Source: an uncultured delta proteobacterium | GTDB taxonomy: Bacteria; Myxococcota; UBA727; VGSZ01 | Direction of reading: 5' to 3' | DNA length: 64,000 bases | NCBI GenBank assembly: GCA_963775425.1 | Contig: CAVZJB010000012.1 | Location: forward strand, 320,001-384,000 | Shown here: piece by piece, positions 13,901 to 22,444 of the stretch | How positions within the stretch are numbered: position 1 is the first letter of the stretch | Layout of the letters: every line of letters starts with the position of its first letter | Notes under the pieces: generated by a model | The model's database searches: none | What the model saw: the letters and a program-made list of their open reading frames with translations, nothing else | Told to the model about the DNA's origin: nothing | Made by a program: the position numbers and the translations under genes

Positions 13901-14150
13901 ACACCGACGACATGGAGTCGATGCCGGCGATGGTGGCGAACTCCCGCTCGAGGGGCGTGGCGACGGCCGCCGACATCGTCTCCGGGCTCGCGCCGGGCAG
14001 GGACGCGCTCACCTGGATGGTGGGGAAGTCGACGTTGGGGACGTCGTTCACCGGCAGGTCGCGATAGCCGACCACGCCGAAGGCGATGATGGCGGCGACG
14101 AGCAACGTGGTCGCCACCGGCCGCCGGATGAAGATCTCGCTGACGTTCAC
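10983..14150 (-). CDS. RND efflux permease (MdtB/MdtC-like)
   Basis: GTG 14150, NVSEIFIRRPVATTLL; GFVVDDAIVMLENI; GLVKKNGIMMVDFA; RFRPIMMTT. Confidence 0.95.
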   Translation of the reverse strand: MNVSEIFIRRPVATTLLVAAIIAFGVVGYRDLPVNDVPNVDFPTIQVSASLPGASPETMSAAVATPLEREFATIAGIDSMSSVSSLGSTSITLQFSLKRDIDAAAQDVQAAIAGAARKLPPSMPTPPSYRKVNPASSPILYIALTSPTLPLSQLDEYGETMMAQRISMVDGVAQVSVYGSQKYAVRVQLSPDALASRGLSIDDVAKAVQSANVNLPGGVLDGAHRAFTIEARGQLQSAAEYKPLVVAWKNGAPVRLGDLGRVVDSVENVRTAAWFVTRDEKTGLMHDQRSVVLAVQRQPGTNTIEVAQAIKALLPKLQSQLPASVTTAVLFDRSASIRASVNDVQATLLVTLVLVVLVIYVFLRNVRATIIPSLALPLSLLGTFGVLDVLGYTIDNLSLMALTLSLGFVVDDAIVMLENIVRHMEKGAEPREASLTGSREIGFTIVSMTISLSAVFIPVLFMGGVLGRLFREFAITIGVAILISGVVSLTFTPMLASRLLSSAPHSPAEPSSGGSPSKASGAGRLFARVLAIYERGLRFSLRRRGLVLAGSVVVLGATAFLFVRSPKGLFPTEDTGQIFVQTQAIEGTSFEEMMRHQRAAAAIVARDPGVHAFMSSMGARGGAGATNTGVMFLHLKPRGERASASEIINRLRPQLAEIPGIRVFMQVPPSIRLGNHLSKSEFQFALQSADIDTLYATASALEQKLRAAPQLQDVNSDLQVKSPQIEVELDRDRASAKGVSAEAVEDTLFSAFAARQVSTIYATNNTYQVILELLPEMQLDPAALSRLYVKSATGALVPLADLATLHTVAAPLEINHAGQLPAVTLSFNLKAGTALGDAVDIVQQAAADVVPPSVTTSFQGSAQIFQSSLHGMGGLLLLAVLVIYLVLGILYESFIHPLTILSALPFAGFGALATLLVFHEDLSVYAFVGIIMLIGLVKKNGIMMVDFALEAQKQGKSAEDAILEASLVRFRPIMMTTMAALMGTLPIALGIGSGAEIRQPLGLAVVGGLFFSQLLTLFVTPVFFVWMDRVQRRLQGGKPVVVDGGPVEPAGLPRT

Positions 14151-15376
14151 GGCGCCGCAGCCCCGGGCGTGCGCTTGCCGTCGCCCTGCTGCGCGGGGGC
14201 TCCGCCCGCGCCCGAAGGTGCCGCCGAAGGCTCCCCGGTCACCGCCGGCTTCTCGACGATGTGCGCGCCGGGGACCAGGGCGAGCTGGCCGTCGACGACG
14301 ATCTTCTCGCCGGCGCCTACCCCGTTGTCGACGACGACGGTGCCGTCGTGCGCCGGCCCGGTCTTCACCGGCCGCATCTCCACGGTGTCGTCCGCCTTGA
14401 CCACGAAGACGAACGGGCCCTGCTGGCTGGTCTGCACGGCCGACGCCGGCACCACCACGGCGTCGTCGCGCACGCCGAGCCGGAGCACCACGCGCACGTA
14501 CGCGCCTGGCCACAAAAGCTCGTCCTTGTTGTCGAAGTCGGCCTTGCACGGCACCGAGCCCGTGGACGCGTCGACGGCGCCACCGACGAAGGTGAGCGTG
14601 CCCTTGGCGACGACGTCCTCGTGCTCGGGCAAGCGCGCCTGCACCTCCAGCGCGCCGCTCTTCATCCGCTGCTGCACGTCGTAGAGCCGCTCCTGGGGCA
14701 GACCGAAGGAGACCTGGATGGGCGACACCTGGCGGATGACGACGACGGGCGCGCCGCCGGGCTGCACGAGGTTGCCCACGGTGATCTCGCGCTTGTCGGT
14801 GCGGCCCGTGATGGGCGACGTCACGCGCGTCCAGCTCAGGTCGAGCCTGGCCTTGTCCACCGCCGCCTGGTCCGCCACCACGGTGGCGTGCAGCGCCTTG
14901 GCCGTGGCCGCCTTGCTGTCGGCCTCCTGCGGCGACACGAGCTTCTGCGTGATCATCTGCGCGTAGCGGCTGGCCTCGGCGTCGGCGTTGTCGAGCTGCG
15001 CCTGATCGCGCGCGAGCACGGCCTCCGCCTGCGCGAGCGCGGCGACGTAGGGCTCGCGATCGATCTCGAAGAGCAGCGCGCCCTTGTCGACGGTCTGGCC
15101 CTCCTTGAATTTGAGCGACGTGATCTGCCCGCTCACGCGCGGCTGCACGGACACGGTCGCGAACGGCACCACGCTGCCGACGGTGCTCACCTCGAGCGGC
15201 ACCGACGCCTTGCGCGCGACGTCGACGGTGACGGACGCCGGCGGCCTCGCGCGCTTCATCGCGCCGGCCTTGTCGCCGCCCGAGCAGCCGCCCGCGACGA
15301 GCGCCGTGACCAGCGCGGCGACGGCGACGAGCGCGCCCAAGGCGCCGCGGTCATGGTGGTGGGGGACGGTGATCAT
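14147..15376 (-). CDS. RND periplasmic adaptor (membrane fusion protein)
   Basis: C-terminal part of ORF 14147..18475: VSGQITSLKFKEGQTVDKGALLFEID, VTSPITG, LWPGAYV; stop overlaps the permease start. Confidence 0.92.
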   Translation of the reverse strand: MITVPHHHDRGALGALVAVAALVTALVAGGCSGGDKAGAMKRARPPASVTVDVARKASVPLEVSTVGSVVPFATVSVQPRVSGQITSLKFKEGQTVDKGALLFEIDREPYVAALAQAEAVLARDQAQLDNADAEASRYAQMITQKLVSPQEADSKAATAKALHATVVADQAAVDKARLDLSWTRVTSPITGRTDKREITVGNLVQPGGAPVVVIRQVSPIQVSFGLPQERLYDVQQRMKSGALEVQARLPEHEDVVAKGTLTFVGGAVDASTGSVPCKADFDNKDELLWPGAYVRVVLRLGVRDDAVVVPASAVQTSQQGPFVFVVKADDTVEMRPVKTGPAHDGTVVVDNGVGAGEKIVVDGQLALVPGAHIVEKPAVTGEPSAAPSGAGGAPAQQGDGKRTPGAAAP

Positions 15377-16683
15377 CGCTTGAGCACACCGGTGGCGGCC
15401 ATCAATCGGAGCTTGGCACCTTCGAGCCGAAACCGCGCCCCGATCACGCTCAAGAGCGCGTCGGACTGCTGCGTCTCGGCGTCGATGAGCTCGAGGAGGC
15501 CGGCCGCCCCCGCTTCGTAGCGCCCCGACGCCTGCCGGTAGTTCTCGTCGGCCTGCGTCTGGAGCTGCTCCGCCGCACGGAGCGCCGCGTCGAAGGAGCG
15601 CACGGCGATGGCCGCCTGCGCCGCCTCGCCGCGGATGGCGAGCACCTCCTGGCGGTAGGCCGCGCGCGCCACCAGGGCCTCGGCGTCGGCCGAGGCGATC
15701 TGGGCGCTGATGCCCGCGTCGAAGATGGGGACGGTCAGCGAGGCGCCGACGCCGACGGACTCGCCGGCGGTGGCCCCGGGGAGCACGGTGCCGACGAGGT
15801 CGGTGCCGGCGCCCGCCGTCGCCGACACCGCGGGCATGCGCGCGGCGCGGGCGGACATGGACGCGGCCTCCGCGGCGTCGACGCGCAGCTTGAGCGACTG
15901 CACCTCGGCGCGGCTCTGCTCGGCGAGGTCGGCGGCCTGGGCGGGATCGTCGGCGACCGCCAGCGCGCCCGGGGGCGCGATGCGCAGCGGCCTGGCCGGG
16001 TCGAGGCCGAGGGCGATGGCGAGGGAGGCGGCGTCGTCGGCGGCCGCGGCGTCGGCGCTCGTGACGTCGACCTTGGCGGTCTCGAGGGCCACCTGCGCGC
16101 GCGTCTCCTCGATGGGCGAGGCGAGGCCGCTCTGCACGCGGCCCTTGGCGACGTCGAGGAGGCGCTGGCGCTCGCCGACGAGCTTCTTGCGCGCGTCGAT
16201 GAGCTCGAGGTCGCCGGCGAGCGCGAGGAACGAGGTGCCCGCGGCGACGGCGGCGTCGTTGCGGACGGCGTTGACGTCGGCCTCGGCGGCGTCGTGGGAC
16301 AAGCGCGCGGAGCGGACGCCCTCGGAGGTGCGCCCGAAGTCGAGCAGCAGCCAGCGCGCGTCGACGCCGGCGCCGGCGTTGGCGGTGGCGCCGAACCCCT
16401 TGCCGCACGCGAGGCCGCTGCAGGGCAGGAGCGCGTTGTCGTTGGTGACCGTGGCGCCGGTGTCGATGGAGGCGGACAGCGAGGGCAGGGCGGGGGCGGC
16501 GGCCACGTCGATGCGGGTGCGGGCCACGTAGGCCTGCGCCTTGGCGGACGCCACCGCCGGCGCCTCCTCCCACGCGCGGGTGAGCACCGCGTCGAGGCTG
16601 AGCGTCTGCGTCTGCGCCGCGGCGGGCGTCGCGAGCAGCGCGGCGACGAGGAGCGCGGCGCTCCGGTGAAAGAGAGGGCGCAT
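15373..16683 (-). CDS. TolC-family outer membrane efflux protein
   Basis: Signal peptide; LSLDAVL, LLLDFGR, VPIFDAG, RYEAGAAGLLELIDA; coupled to the adaptor gene. Confidence 0.9.
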   Translation of the reverse strand: MRPLFHRSAALLVAALLATPAAAQTQTLSLDAVLTRAWEEAPAVASAKAQAYVARTRIDVAAAPALPSLSASIDTGATVTNDNALLPCSGLACGKGFGATANAGAGVDARWLLLDFGRTSEGVRSARLSHDAAEADVNAVRNDAAVAAGTSFLALAGDLELIDARKKLVGERQRLLDVAKGRVQSGLASPIEETRAQVALETAKVDVTSADAAAADDAASLAIALGLDPARPLRIAPPGALAVADDPAQAADLAEQSRAEVQSLKLRVDAAEAASMSARAARMPAVSATAGAGTDLVGTVLPGATAGESVGVGASLTVPIFDAGISAQIASADAEALVARAAYRQEVLAIRGEAAQAAIAVRSFDAALRAAEQLQTQADENYRQASGRYEAGAAGLLELIDAETQQSDALLSVIGARFRLEGAKLRLMAATGVLKR

Positions 16684-16773
16684 GGGTCGGACATGACACC
16701 TGGCGCCTCGAATGTCTAAACCCCGGCTCGCACGGATCCGGGCGCGGTCCGGCCGTGACGCGGACGGCAGCGG

Positions 16774-18207
16774 TCACGCGCGGGGCGGGTACGCGGGCTC
16801 GAAGCCGCCGAGGTCTTCCTCGAGGGCCATCGCCACGGCGATGGTGGTGCGATCGTTTCCGCCCGAGCCGATCACCTGCACGCCGCTCGGCAGGCCGTTG
16901 CCGTCGCTGCCGACGGGGACGGCGGTGGCGGCGACGTCGAGCACGTTCCACACGGCGGCGAGCACGACGTCGCCGGGGCGCCGCAGCGCCTGGCCGTGGA
17001 ACGGCGCCGTGGTGGTGTAGGGCGGAAAGAGGATCACGGCGTCGTCGCCGAGGAGCGCGCGCAGCCGCCCCTGGAAGCGCAGCGCCTTTTCGTGTCCGCC
17101 GCGCGTGAAGTGCAGCCGCGCCGCCGTGCGCTCGAGCGCCATGAACGCGAGCGCCGGCACCGTGTGCCGCGCGCGGCCGAGGGCGAGCCCGACGAGCTCG
17201 CGCCCGAGGGGGACGGACGTGTCGTCGCCGAGCCACGACTCGAAGCTCTTGTCGGCGGTGGCGCGCAGCGAGTCGCCCCACATGTCGAACGCGTCTTTGA
17301 GCTCGGGCAGCTCGGTGTCGACGACGTGCGCGCCGCGCGCCTTCAGCGCCGCCGCCGCGCGCGCCTGCGCCGTGCGCACCGCCGGCGACGGCGTGCGCCG
17401 CCCGTCGTTCCTCACGACGTGCACGGTGAGGTGCTCGATGCGAACTGCGCGCGGATCGCCGAGCGACGGATCGTGTCCGCTCATGACGTCGAGGAGCGGC
17501 CCGATGTCGCGGGCGCTGCGCGCGACGGGGCCGATGCCGACGAAGCGGCGCGCACGGGGCGACGCCTCGGGGATGTGGCCGTCGGCGGGCACGAGGCCGC
17601 CGGTGGTCTTGTGTCCGAACACGCCGCAGAAGAACGCGGGCAGGCGGATGGAGCCGCCGACGTCGGAGGCGACGCCGAACGGTGACGCGCCCGCGGCGAC
17701 GACGGCGGCCTCTCCGCCCGAGGAGCCGCCGCAGGTGCGCGCGGGATCGTGCGGGTTGTTGGTGCGGCCATAGACGCGGTTGTCCGTCTCCATCCACATG
17801 GCCATCTCGGGCATGTTGGTGACGCCGAGCGGGATGCCGCCGGCGGCGACGAGCCTCTCGACGACGAGCGCGGAGCGATCCGCGGTGCGCCCCGCGCGCA
17901 GCACGGAGCCCGAGGTGTGCGGCAGGCCGGCGACGCCGAAGCACTCCTTGACGGTGAAGGGCACGCCGAACAGCGGCGGCAAGCCCCCGACCTCGCCGCC
18001 GCCGCCGGGGCGCCGCACCAGCGCGGCCTCCTGGGCGCGCGCGTCGCCGCGCGCCTCCTCGAAGCGGTTGGCGACGACGGCGTTGATGATCGGGTTCCAG
18101 CGCAGGATCTCTTTGATGTGCGCGTCGACGAGCTCGATGGGCTTGAGCGCGCGCCGGCGCACGAGCGCCGCGAGCTCCACGACGGGGGCGCGCAGCAGGT
18201 CGCTCAC
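16774..18207 (-). CDS. Amidase signature family protein
   Basis: GVPFTVKE (Lys), GGSSGGEAA, SDVGGSIRLPA (Ser-cisSer-Lys triad); GTG 18207 overlaps the upstream stop. Confidence 0.93.
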   Translation of the reverse strand: MSDLLRAPVVELAALVRRRALKPIELVDAHIKEILRWNPIINAVVANRFEEARGDARAQEAALVRRPGGGGEVGGLPPLFGVPFTVKECFGVAGLPHTSGSVLRAGRTADRSALVVERLVAAGGIPLGVTNMPEMAMWMETDNRVYGRTNNPHDPARTCGGSSGGEAAVVAAGASPFGVASDVGGSIRLPAFFCGVFGHKTTGGLVPADGHIPEASPRARRFVGIGPVARSARDIGPLLDVMSGHDPSLGDPRAVRIEHLTVHVVRNDGRRTPSPAVRTAQARAAAALKARGAHVVDTELPELKDAFDMWGDSLRATADKSFESWLGDDTSVPLGRELVGLALGRARHTVPALAFMALERTAARLHFTRGGHEKALRFQGRLRALLGDDAVILFPPYTTTAPFHGQALRRPGDVVLAAVWNVLDVAATAVPVGSDGNGLPSGVQVIGSGGNDRTTIAVAMALEEDLGGFEPAYPPRA

Positions 18208-19208
18208 GGCGCGGGAGGCGCGGCGCTGAAGCAGGCGCTCGGGACGCTGGTGCACAGGCCGTTGTCGCAGGCCTTGGTCTGGCACTGGGCGGAGCGCTGG
18301 CACGCGCCGCCCTGCGGGACGAGCGCGGTGCACGTCGTCGACGTGCCGTCGCAAAAGCCGGAGTCGCATTCGACGTCGGCGCCGCAGCTCTCGCCGAGCT
18401 CGACGGTGGCCTGGCAGACGCCGGCGGCGCACGCGGCGGCGTACGGGCAGGCGTCGGCGAAGTCGCAGGCGTCACCGACGCCGACGTAGCTGGGCGCGGC
18501 GCACACCTGATTGTGGCAGGTGGCGCCGAGGACGCAGGGGTCGTTGCCGCCGCAGCTCTCGCCGGGGTGCTTGCGGGCCTTGCACGTCAAAGAGACGGAG
18601 TCGCACACGCTGTCGTGGCCGCAGGTGACGCCGTCGGGCTCGCAGCTCGCGCCGTCGTCGACGACGCTCTCGCAGACGCCGCACCCGGTGAGGTCGACGG
18701 CGCACACGGTGCCGGGGGCGCACGTGAAGCTCTCGATGTCGAAGCCGCACGGCTCGCCGGCGGCCTGGGTGCCGACCCACATGTCCGCGCAGGGGCCCTC
18801 GAGGTCCTGGACCTGCTGGTCGCACTCGACGGTCTGCAGGTGCGCGCGGCACGCGTCGATGCCCTCCTGCGAGAGGGTGAGGAGCCCGGCGTTGACGAGG
18901 GAGACGTACGTGGGCTCGAAGCGCGCGTTGCACGCCTCGAGGAACACCGAGCGGCACGTCTCTTCGTCGGGGACCGCCATGCGCCCGCAGCGCAGGTAGA
19001 AGGGGCAGAAGAAGTCGACGATGTCCTCGCAGTAGCCGGTGGGGTCGAGGCCGCCGGGGCCGGCGTCGACGACGCCCGCGTCGTCGGGCACGCCGGCGTC
19101 GACGACGATGTGCGGCGGCGGCGGGCACCCCGCGAGCCACACGGTGGCGGCGGCGAGCAGGCCCGCGAGCGGGCGCGCGGCGGTGGATCGGGCGACGACG
19201 CGAGGCAC
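18204..19208 (-). CDS. Cysteine-rich lipoprotein
   Basis: Lipobox WLAGC, DAG-rich linker, repeated G(E/A/D)xC...C...C disulfide modules. Confidence 0.8.
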   Translation of the reverse strand: MPRVVARSTAARPLAGLLAAATVWLAGCPPPPHIVVDAGVPDDAGVVDAGPGGLDPTGYCEDIVDFFCPFYLRCGRMAVPDEETCRSVFLEACNARFEPTYVSLVNAGLLTLSQEGIDACRAHLQTVECDQQVQDLEGPCADMWVGTQAAGEPCGFDIESFTCAPGTVCAVDLTGCGVCESVVDDGASCEPDGVTCGHDSVCDSVSLTCKARKHPGESCGGNDPCVLGATCHNQVCAAPSYVGVGDACDFADACPYAAACAAGVCQATVELGESCGADVECDSGFCDGTSTTCTALVPQGGACQRSAQCQTKACDNGLCTSVPSACFSAAPPAP

Positions 19209-19367
19209 GCCCTCGCTTGTCCCGCCGCACCCGGTTTTTCAATCGCCGCAGCAGGCGGCTCGACGCCCTGTTCGCCGGCGGCGCGGACGCGTGCGCGGCG
19301 CCCGCCCGGCATCGGTCGAATGACGGACGTCGTCGGCCGGAAGACGCCCGCCCCGGACCTTGATAGC

Positions 19368-19381
19368 AGAATCATGATTCT
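19368..19381. promoter_or_regulatory. AT-rich perfect palindrome, candidate operator
   Basis: AGAATCATGATTCT just upstream of RBS GGAGG (19386-19390), beside TTGATA (19360-19365), in a divergent intergenic region. Confidence 0.5.
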
Positions 19382-19394
19382 AAATGGAGGCGGC

Positions 19395-20900
19395 ATGCAA
19401 ACGCGGTGGATCGGGCGGATCGGGGCGGCGGCGTGGGTGGTCCTCGGGGCGGGCTGCGTGAACGAGATCGGGCCCGCGGGGCCCGACGGGGCCGGTGAGG
19501 CCGGGGCGGAGCAAGCCATCGCGCCTTCGCCGTTCTTCGGCGGCGACGACACCGGCGCGGTCTTCGCCGTGGATCTCTCGTTTTGGGAGGGGCCGATCGC
19601 CGAGCAGGAGATGGACTGTTACTGGGACAGCGGCGTCCGCCACGTCGTCACCGGCACCCAGCTCGAGGAGGTCACGCGCCAGCAGCTCGACATGGCGGTG
19701 CGCCGGGGCATGACCGTGGACGGCTACGTCTACCTGTATTGGACCGACGACATGGCCGGGCAGGTCGACACCGCCTTCGCGCGCACCGACGGCTCCCCCA
19801 TTGGCCGCATGTGGCTCGACGTCGAGGAGGACGTCAAAGACCTCGGCGCCAACGCCGTCATCGACAAGGTGCAGGCCGCGCTCGACCGCTGCCGCATCGA
19901 CGGCGCCGCCCGCGGGGTGCAGTGCGGCATCTACAGCGGCAACGGCTTCTGGCGCGGGGCCATGGCCAACACCCCGCTCTTCGCCGACGTCCCCCTGTGG
20001 TACGCCCGCTACAACGGCGGCCACGACGTCGAAAAGCGCGCGCTGTCCTCGTGGAGCGAGGGCGAGTCGTTCGGCGCCTGGGAGGCGCCGGTGGCCAAGC
20101 AGTGGGCGGAGCAGGCGCTGTGCGGCACCGGCCCGGACGAGGACACCATGCAGGTGCTGACGCAGCCGAGCGTCGTCGTCGATCGCAGCGTACCGCCCGA
20201 CGACGGGCTCCCGCCGCCGGCCCCGACCGGGCTCATGCCCGCCGACGGCAGCGTCACCGCGCTCGACGTCGTGAAGCTCGCCGTGACGCCCATCGCGCAC
20301 GCCACGCGCTACGAATTCGCCCTCGAGAGCTTCACCCGCGGCGCCTGGCAGACCTACTTCACCTGGCCGGGCCCGAACGCGTTCCGCGTGGTCTCGCCGG
20401 CGTGGGACGACACGACCTATCGCTTCCGCGCGCGCGCCACCAACGCGCACGGCGCTGGCCCGTGGTCGCCGTGGGCCGTGTTCGACTTCGGCGCGTCGTC
20501 GTCGTCGCCGCCGCCTGCAGAGCCGCCGCCGGCGACCGACCCGCCGCCCGCGAGCAATCCGCCGCCGTCATCGCCGCCGCCCGCGAGCAATCCGCCGCCG
20601 TCGTCATCGGAGCCGCCCGTCGACGGTGCGCCCACCGGCCTCGCGCCGAGCGGCGGCACCATCAGCGGCGACAGCGTCACGCTGTCCTGCGCCGACGTCG
20701 CCGGCGCCGTACGCTACGAGTTCTCCCTCGAGACCGTCGCCGCCGGGACCGCGCGCCCCTACTACACGTACGACAAGACCGCGCCGCAGGTGACCTTCTG
20801 GCCGCAGGTCCACGGCGTCACCTATCGCTTCCAGGTGCGGGCCGACGCCGGCGCCGGCTTCGGCCCCTGGTCGGCGCCGTCGTCGTTCGACGTCCCGTGA
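19395..20900 (+). CDS. GH25 lysozyme-like lipoprotein with two FN3-like domains and a Pro/Ser linker
   Basis: Lipobox GAGC; AVDLSFWEG, WLDVEE (DxE), GIYS, LWYARY; YRFRARATN..GPWS and YRFQVRA..GPWS. Confidence 0.8.
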   Translation: MQTRWIGRIGAAAWVVLGAGCVNEIGPAGPDGAGEAGAEQAIAPSPFFGGDDTGAVFAVDLSFWEGPIAEQEMDCYWDSGVRHVVTGTQLEEVTRQQLDMAVRRGMTVDGYVYLYWTDDMAGQVDTAFARTDGSPIGRMWLDVEEDVKDLGANAVIDKVQAALDRCRIDGAARGVQCGIYSGNGFWRGAMANTPLFADVPLWYARYNGGHDVEKRALSSWSEGESFGAWEAPVAKQWAEQALCGTGPDEDTMQVLTQPSVVVDRSVPPDDGLPPPAPTGLMPADGSVTALDVVKLAVTPIAHATRYEFALESFTRGAWQTYFTWPGPNAFRVVSPAWDDTTYRFRARATNAHGAGPWSPWAVFDFGASSSSPPPAEPPPATDPPPASNPPPSSPPPASNPPPSSSEPPVDGAPTGLAPSGGTISGDSVTLSCADVAGAVRYEFSLETVAAGTARPYYTYDKTAPQVTFWPQVHGVTYRFQVRADAGAGFGPWSAPSSFDVP

Positions 20901-20957
20901 GGGGAGGTCGTGCCGGCCAAGCACGCGGCGCGAAGCGATGCGCACGAAGCGGCAGGC

Positions 20958-21003
20958 GTGCCGGCACGCGCACCGGCGGCGGGACCACCGCGCGTGCCGG
21001 CAC
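20958..21003. repeat. 13-bp perfect inverted repeat between convergent genes (terminator- or REP-like)
   Basis: GTGCCGGCACGCG (20958-20970)/CGCGTGCCGGCAC (20991-21003); each arm contains the palindrome GTGCCGGCAC. Confidence 0.55.
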
Positions 21004-21033
21004 TGACCCTGTTCCGCTATGCGGATCACTTCT

Positions 21034-22356
21034 CTAGAGCTGGTGTTGCACGACGACACCACCGCCGCCGCCGCCGCCGCCCGCGCCGTAGTCGACGTGG
21101 CCGTTTCCGCCGGCGACCCCGCTGGCGCCGCCGTCGCCGCCGCGTCTCATGCCGCCGCCGCCGCCGCTGCCGCCGTCGCGTCCGTCGGTCCCGTCGTTGC
21201 CGACGTCACCGGTGGCGCCGCCGCCGCCCGTGGTGTCGATGACTCCGGCGACGCTGACGCTTTGCGCCTCGAGGAGCACCGCGCCGCCGCTGCCGCCGCC
21301 GCCGCCGCTCTTGTCGACGCCGCCGGACCGGCCGCCGCCGCCGCCGGCGTCGATGCGGCCGCTGAGCAGGATGGTCGTCGACGACGAGATCTGCAGCGCC
21401 CCGCCTGCCGCGCCGCCGGGGCCGCCGCGGGGGGCGCCGGTGGCGTTGTCGGAGCCGCCGGAGCCGCCGGGGCAGCCGGCGCGCAGCACGCCCGCGACGA
21501 GGTCCGCGCCGGCCGCCGTGCCGCCGGGGCCGCCGACCGCGGTGTCGACACCGTCGCCGCCCGTGCCGCCGCCGCCGCCGAAGCCGCCGCCGCCGCCGCC
21601 GGAGCCCGCGGCGAAGTCGTTGCCGCCGTCGCGCCCGCTGCCTTCGCCGCAGAGCGACTGCGTGAAGCCGGGGCCGGCGGTGCTGCCGCTCGCGCCGACG
21701 TCAATGGAGCTGCTGATGGTGACGTCGCCGAACGCGAGCACGACCGGCGCGCGCGTGCCGTGGAAGCGCAGCGCTCCGCCGCCGGTGACGCTGAACCCGC
21801 GCGCGACGATCACCAGCAGCGCCGGGCCGCTCGCCTGCGGGAGGCTGGTCACGGGGACGGTGTGGCCGCACAGCGAGATCGCCGTCGTCGTCGTCGAGGT
21901 GTCGATGTCCGCGCTGCAGTCGACGATGACGTCGGTGGTCGGCTGCACGGTCACCGCGACGGCTGCGGCGTGGCTCGGCGCGCCGGCGGGGAACGGCGTC
22001 CAGCAGAAGCTGCCGCCGGCGTTGCAGACCTCTCCTTCGCCCTCGCCCTCTCCTTCGCCCTCTCCTTCTCCTTCGCCTTCGCCTTCGCCTTCGCCCTCGC
22101 CTTCGCCTTCGCCTTCACCCTCGCCTTCGCCTTCGCCCTCTCCTTCGCCCTCTCCTTCGCCTTCGCCTTCGCCTTCGCCCTCTCCTTCGCCTTCGCCTTC
22201 GCCTTCGCCGCCGACGACGAGGATGTCGACGCAGCGGCCGACCCGGCAGAACAGGCCGTCGCAGTCGGCGTCGGTGTTGCAGTTGGCGCCGGGGGCGCTC
22301 ACGCACGCGGCGAGCAACGCGAGGGGCGCTACGAGGAGCGTGGGGGCGGCGCGCAC
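21034..22356 (-). CDS. Gly-rich lipoprotein with a (GE)30 spacer
   Basis: GTG 22356, lipobox LLAAC, small Cys module, GE tract, then a GGGGGSGG-rich domain. Confidence 0.8.
   Translation of the reverse strand: MRAAPTLLVAPLALLAACVSAPGANCNTDADCDGLFCRVGRCVDILVVGGEGEGEGEGEGEGEGEGEGEGEGEGEGEGEGEGEGEGEGEGEGEGEGEGEGEGEGEGEGEVCNAGGSFCWTPFPAGAPSHAAAVAVTVQPTTDVIVDCSADIDTSTTTTAISLCGHTVPVTSLPQASGPALLVIVARGFSVTGGGALRFHGTRAPVVLAFGDVTISSSIDVGASGSTAGPGFTQSLCGEGSGRDGGNDFAAGSGGGGGGFGGGGGTGGDGVDTAVGGPGGTAAGADLVAGVLRAGCPGGSGGSDNATGAPRGGPGGAAGGALQISSSTTILLSGRIDAGGGGGRSGGVDKSGGGGGSGGAVLLEAQSVSVAGVIDTTGGGGATGDVGNDGTDGRDGGSGGGGGMRRGGDGGASGVAGGNGHVDYGAGGGGGGGGVVVQHQL
22030..22209 (-). repeat. Coding hexamer repeat encoding (Gly-Glu)30
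   Basis: 60 codons alternating GGN and GAR, with synonymous variation. Confidence 0.95.
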
Positions 22357-22444
22357 ATCGCCACTATACCTGCCCCCTCGGCGCGCCGCTGCCGCGCGCC
22401 GCGCGCTTTTTCGAAGCCGCTGTGTCGTGGTGTAGCTTCGACGC

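Noticed and set aside
10983-16683. RND efflux system as the exporter of the biosynthetic cluster
   Set aside because: It is ~14 kb away and separated by unrelated housekeeping genes; nothing in the sequence links them.
14147-18475. 1442-aa ORF read as one protein
   Set aside because: Only 14147-15376 is the efflux adaptor; the rest is an off-frame overlay of the TolC and amidase genes.
22030-22209. Repeat tract considered as a CRISPR array or non-coding satellite
   Set aside because: Hexamer periodicity with synonymous variation, no spacers and no cas genes.
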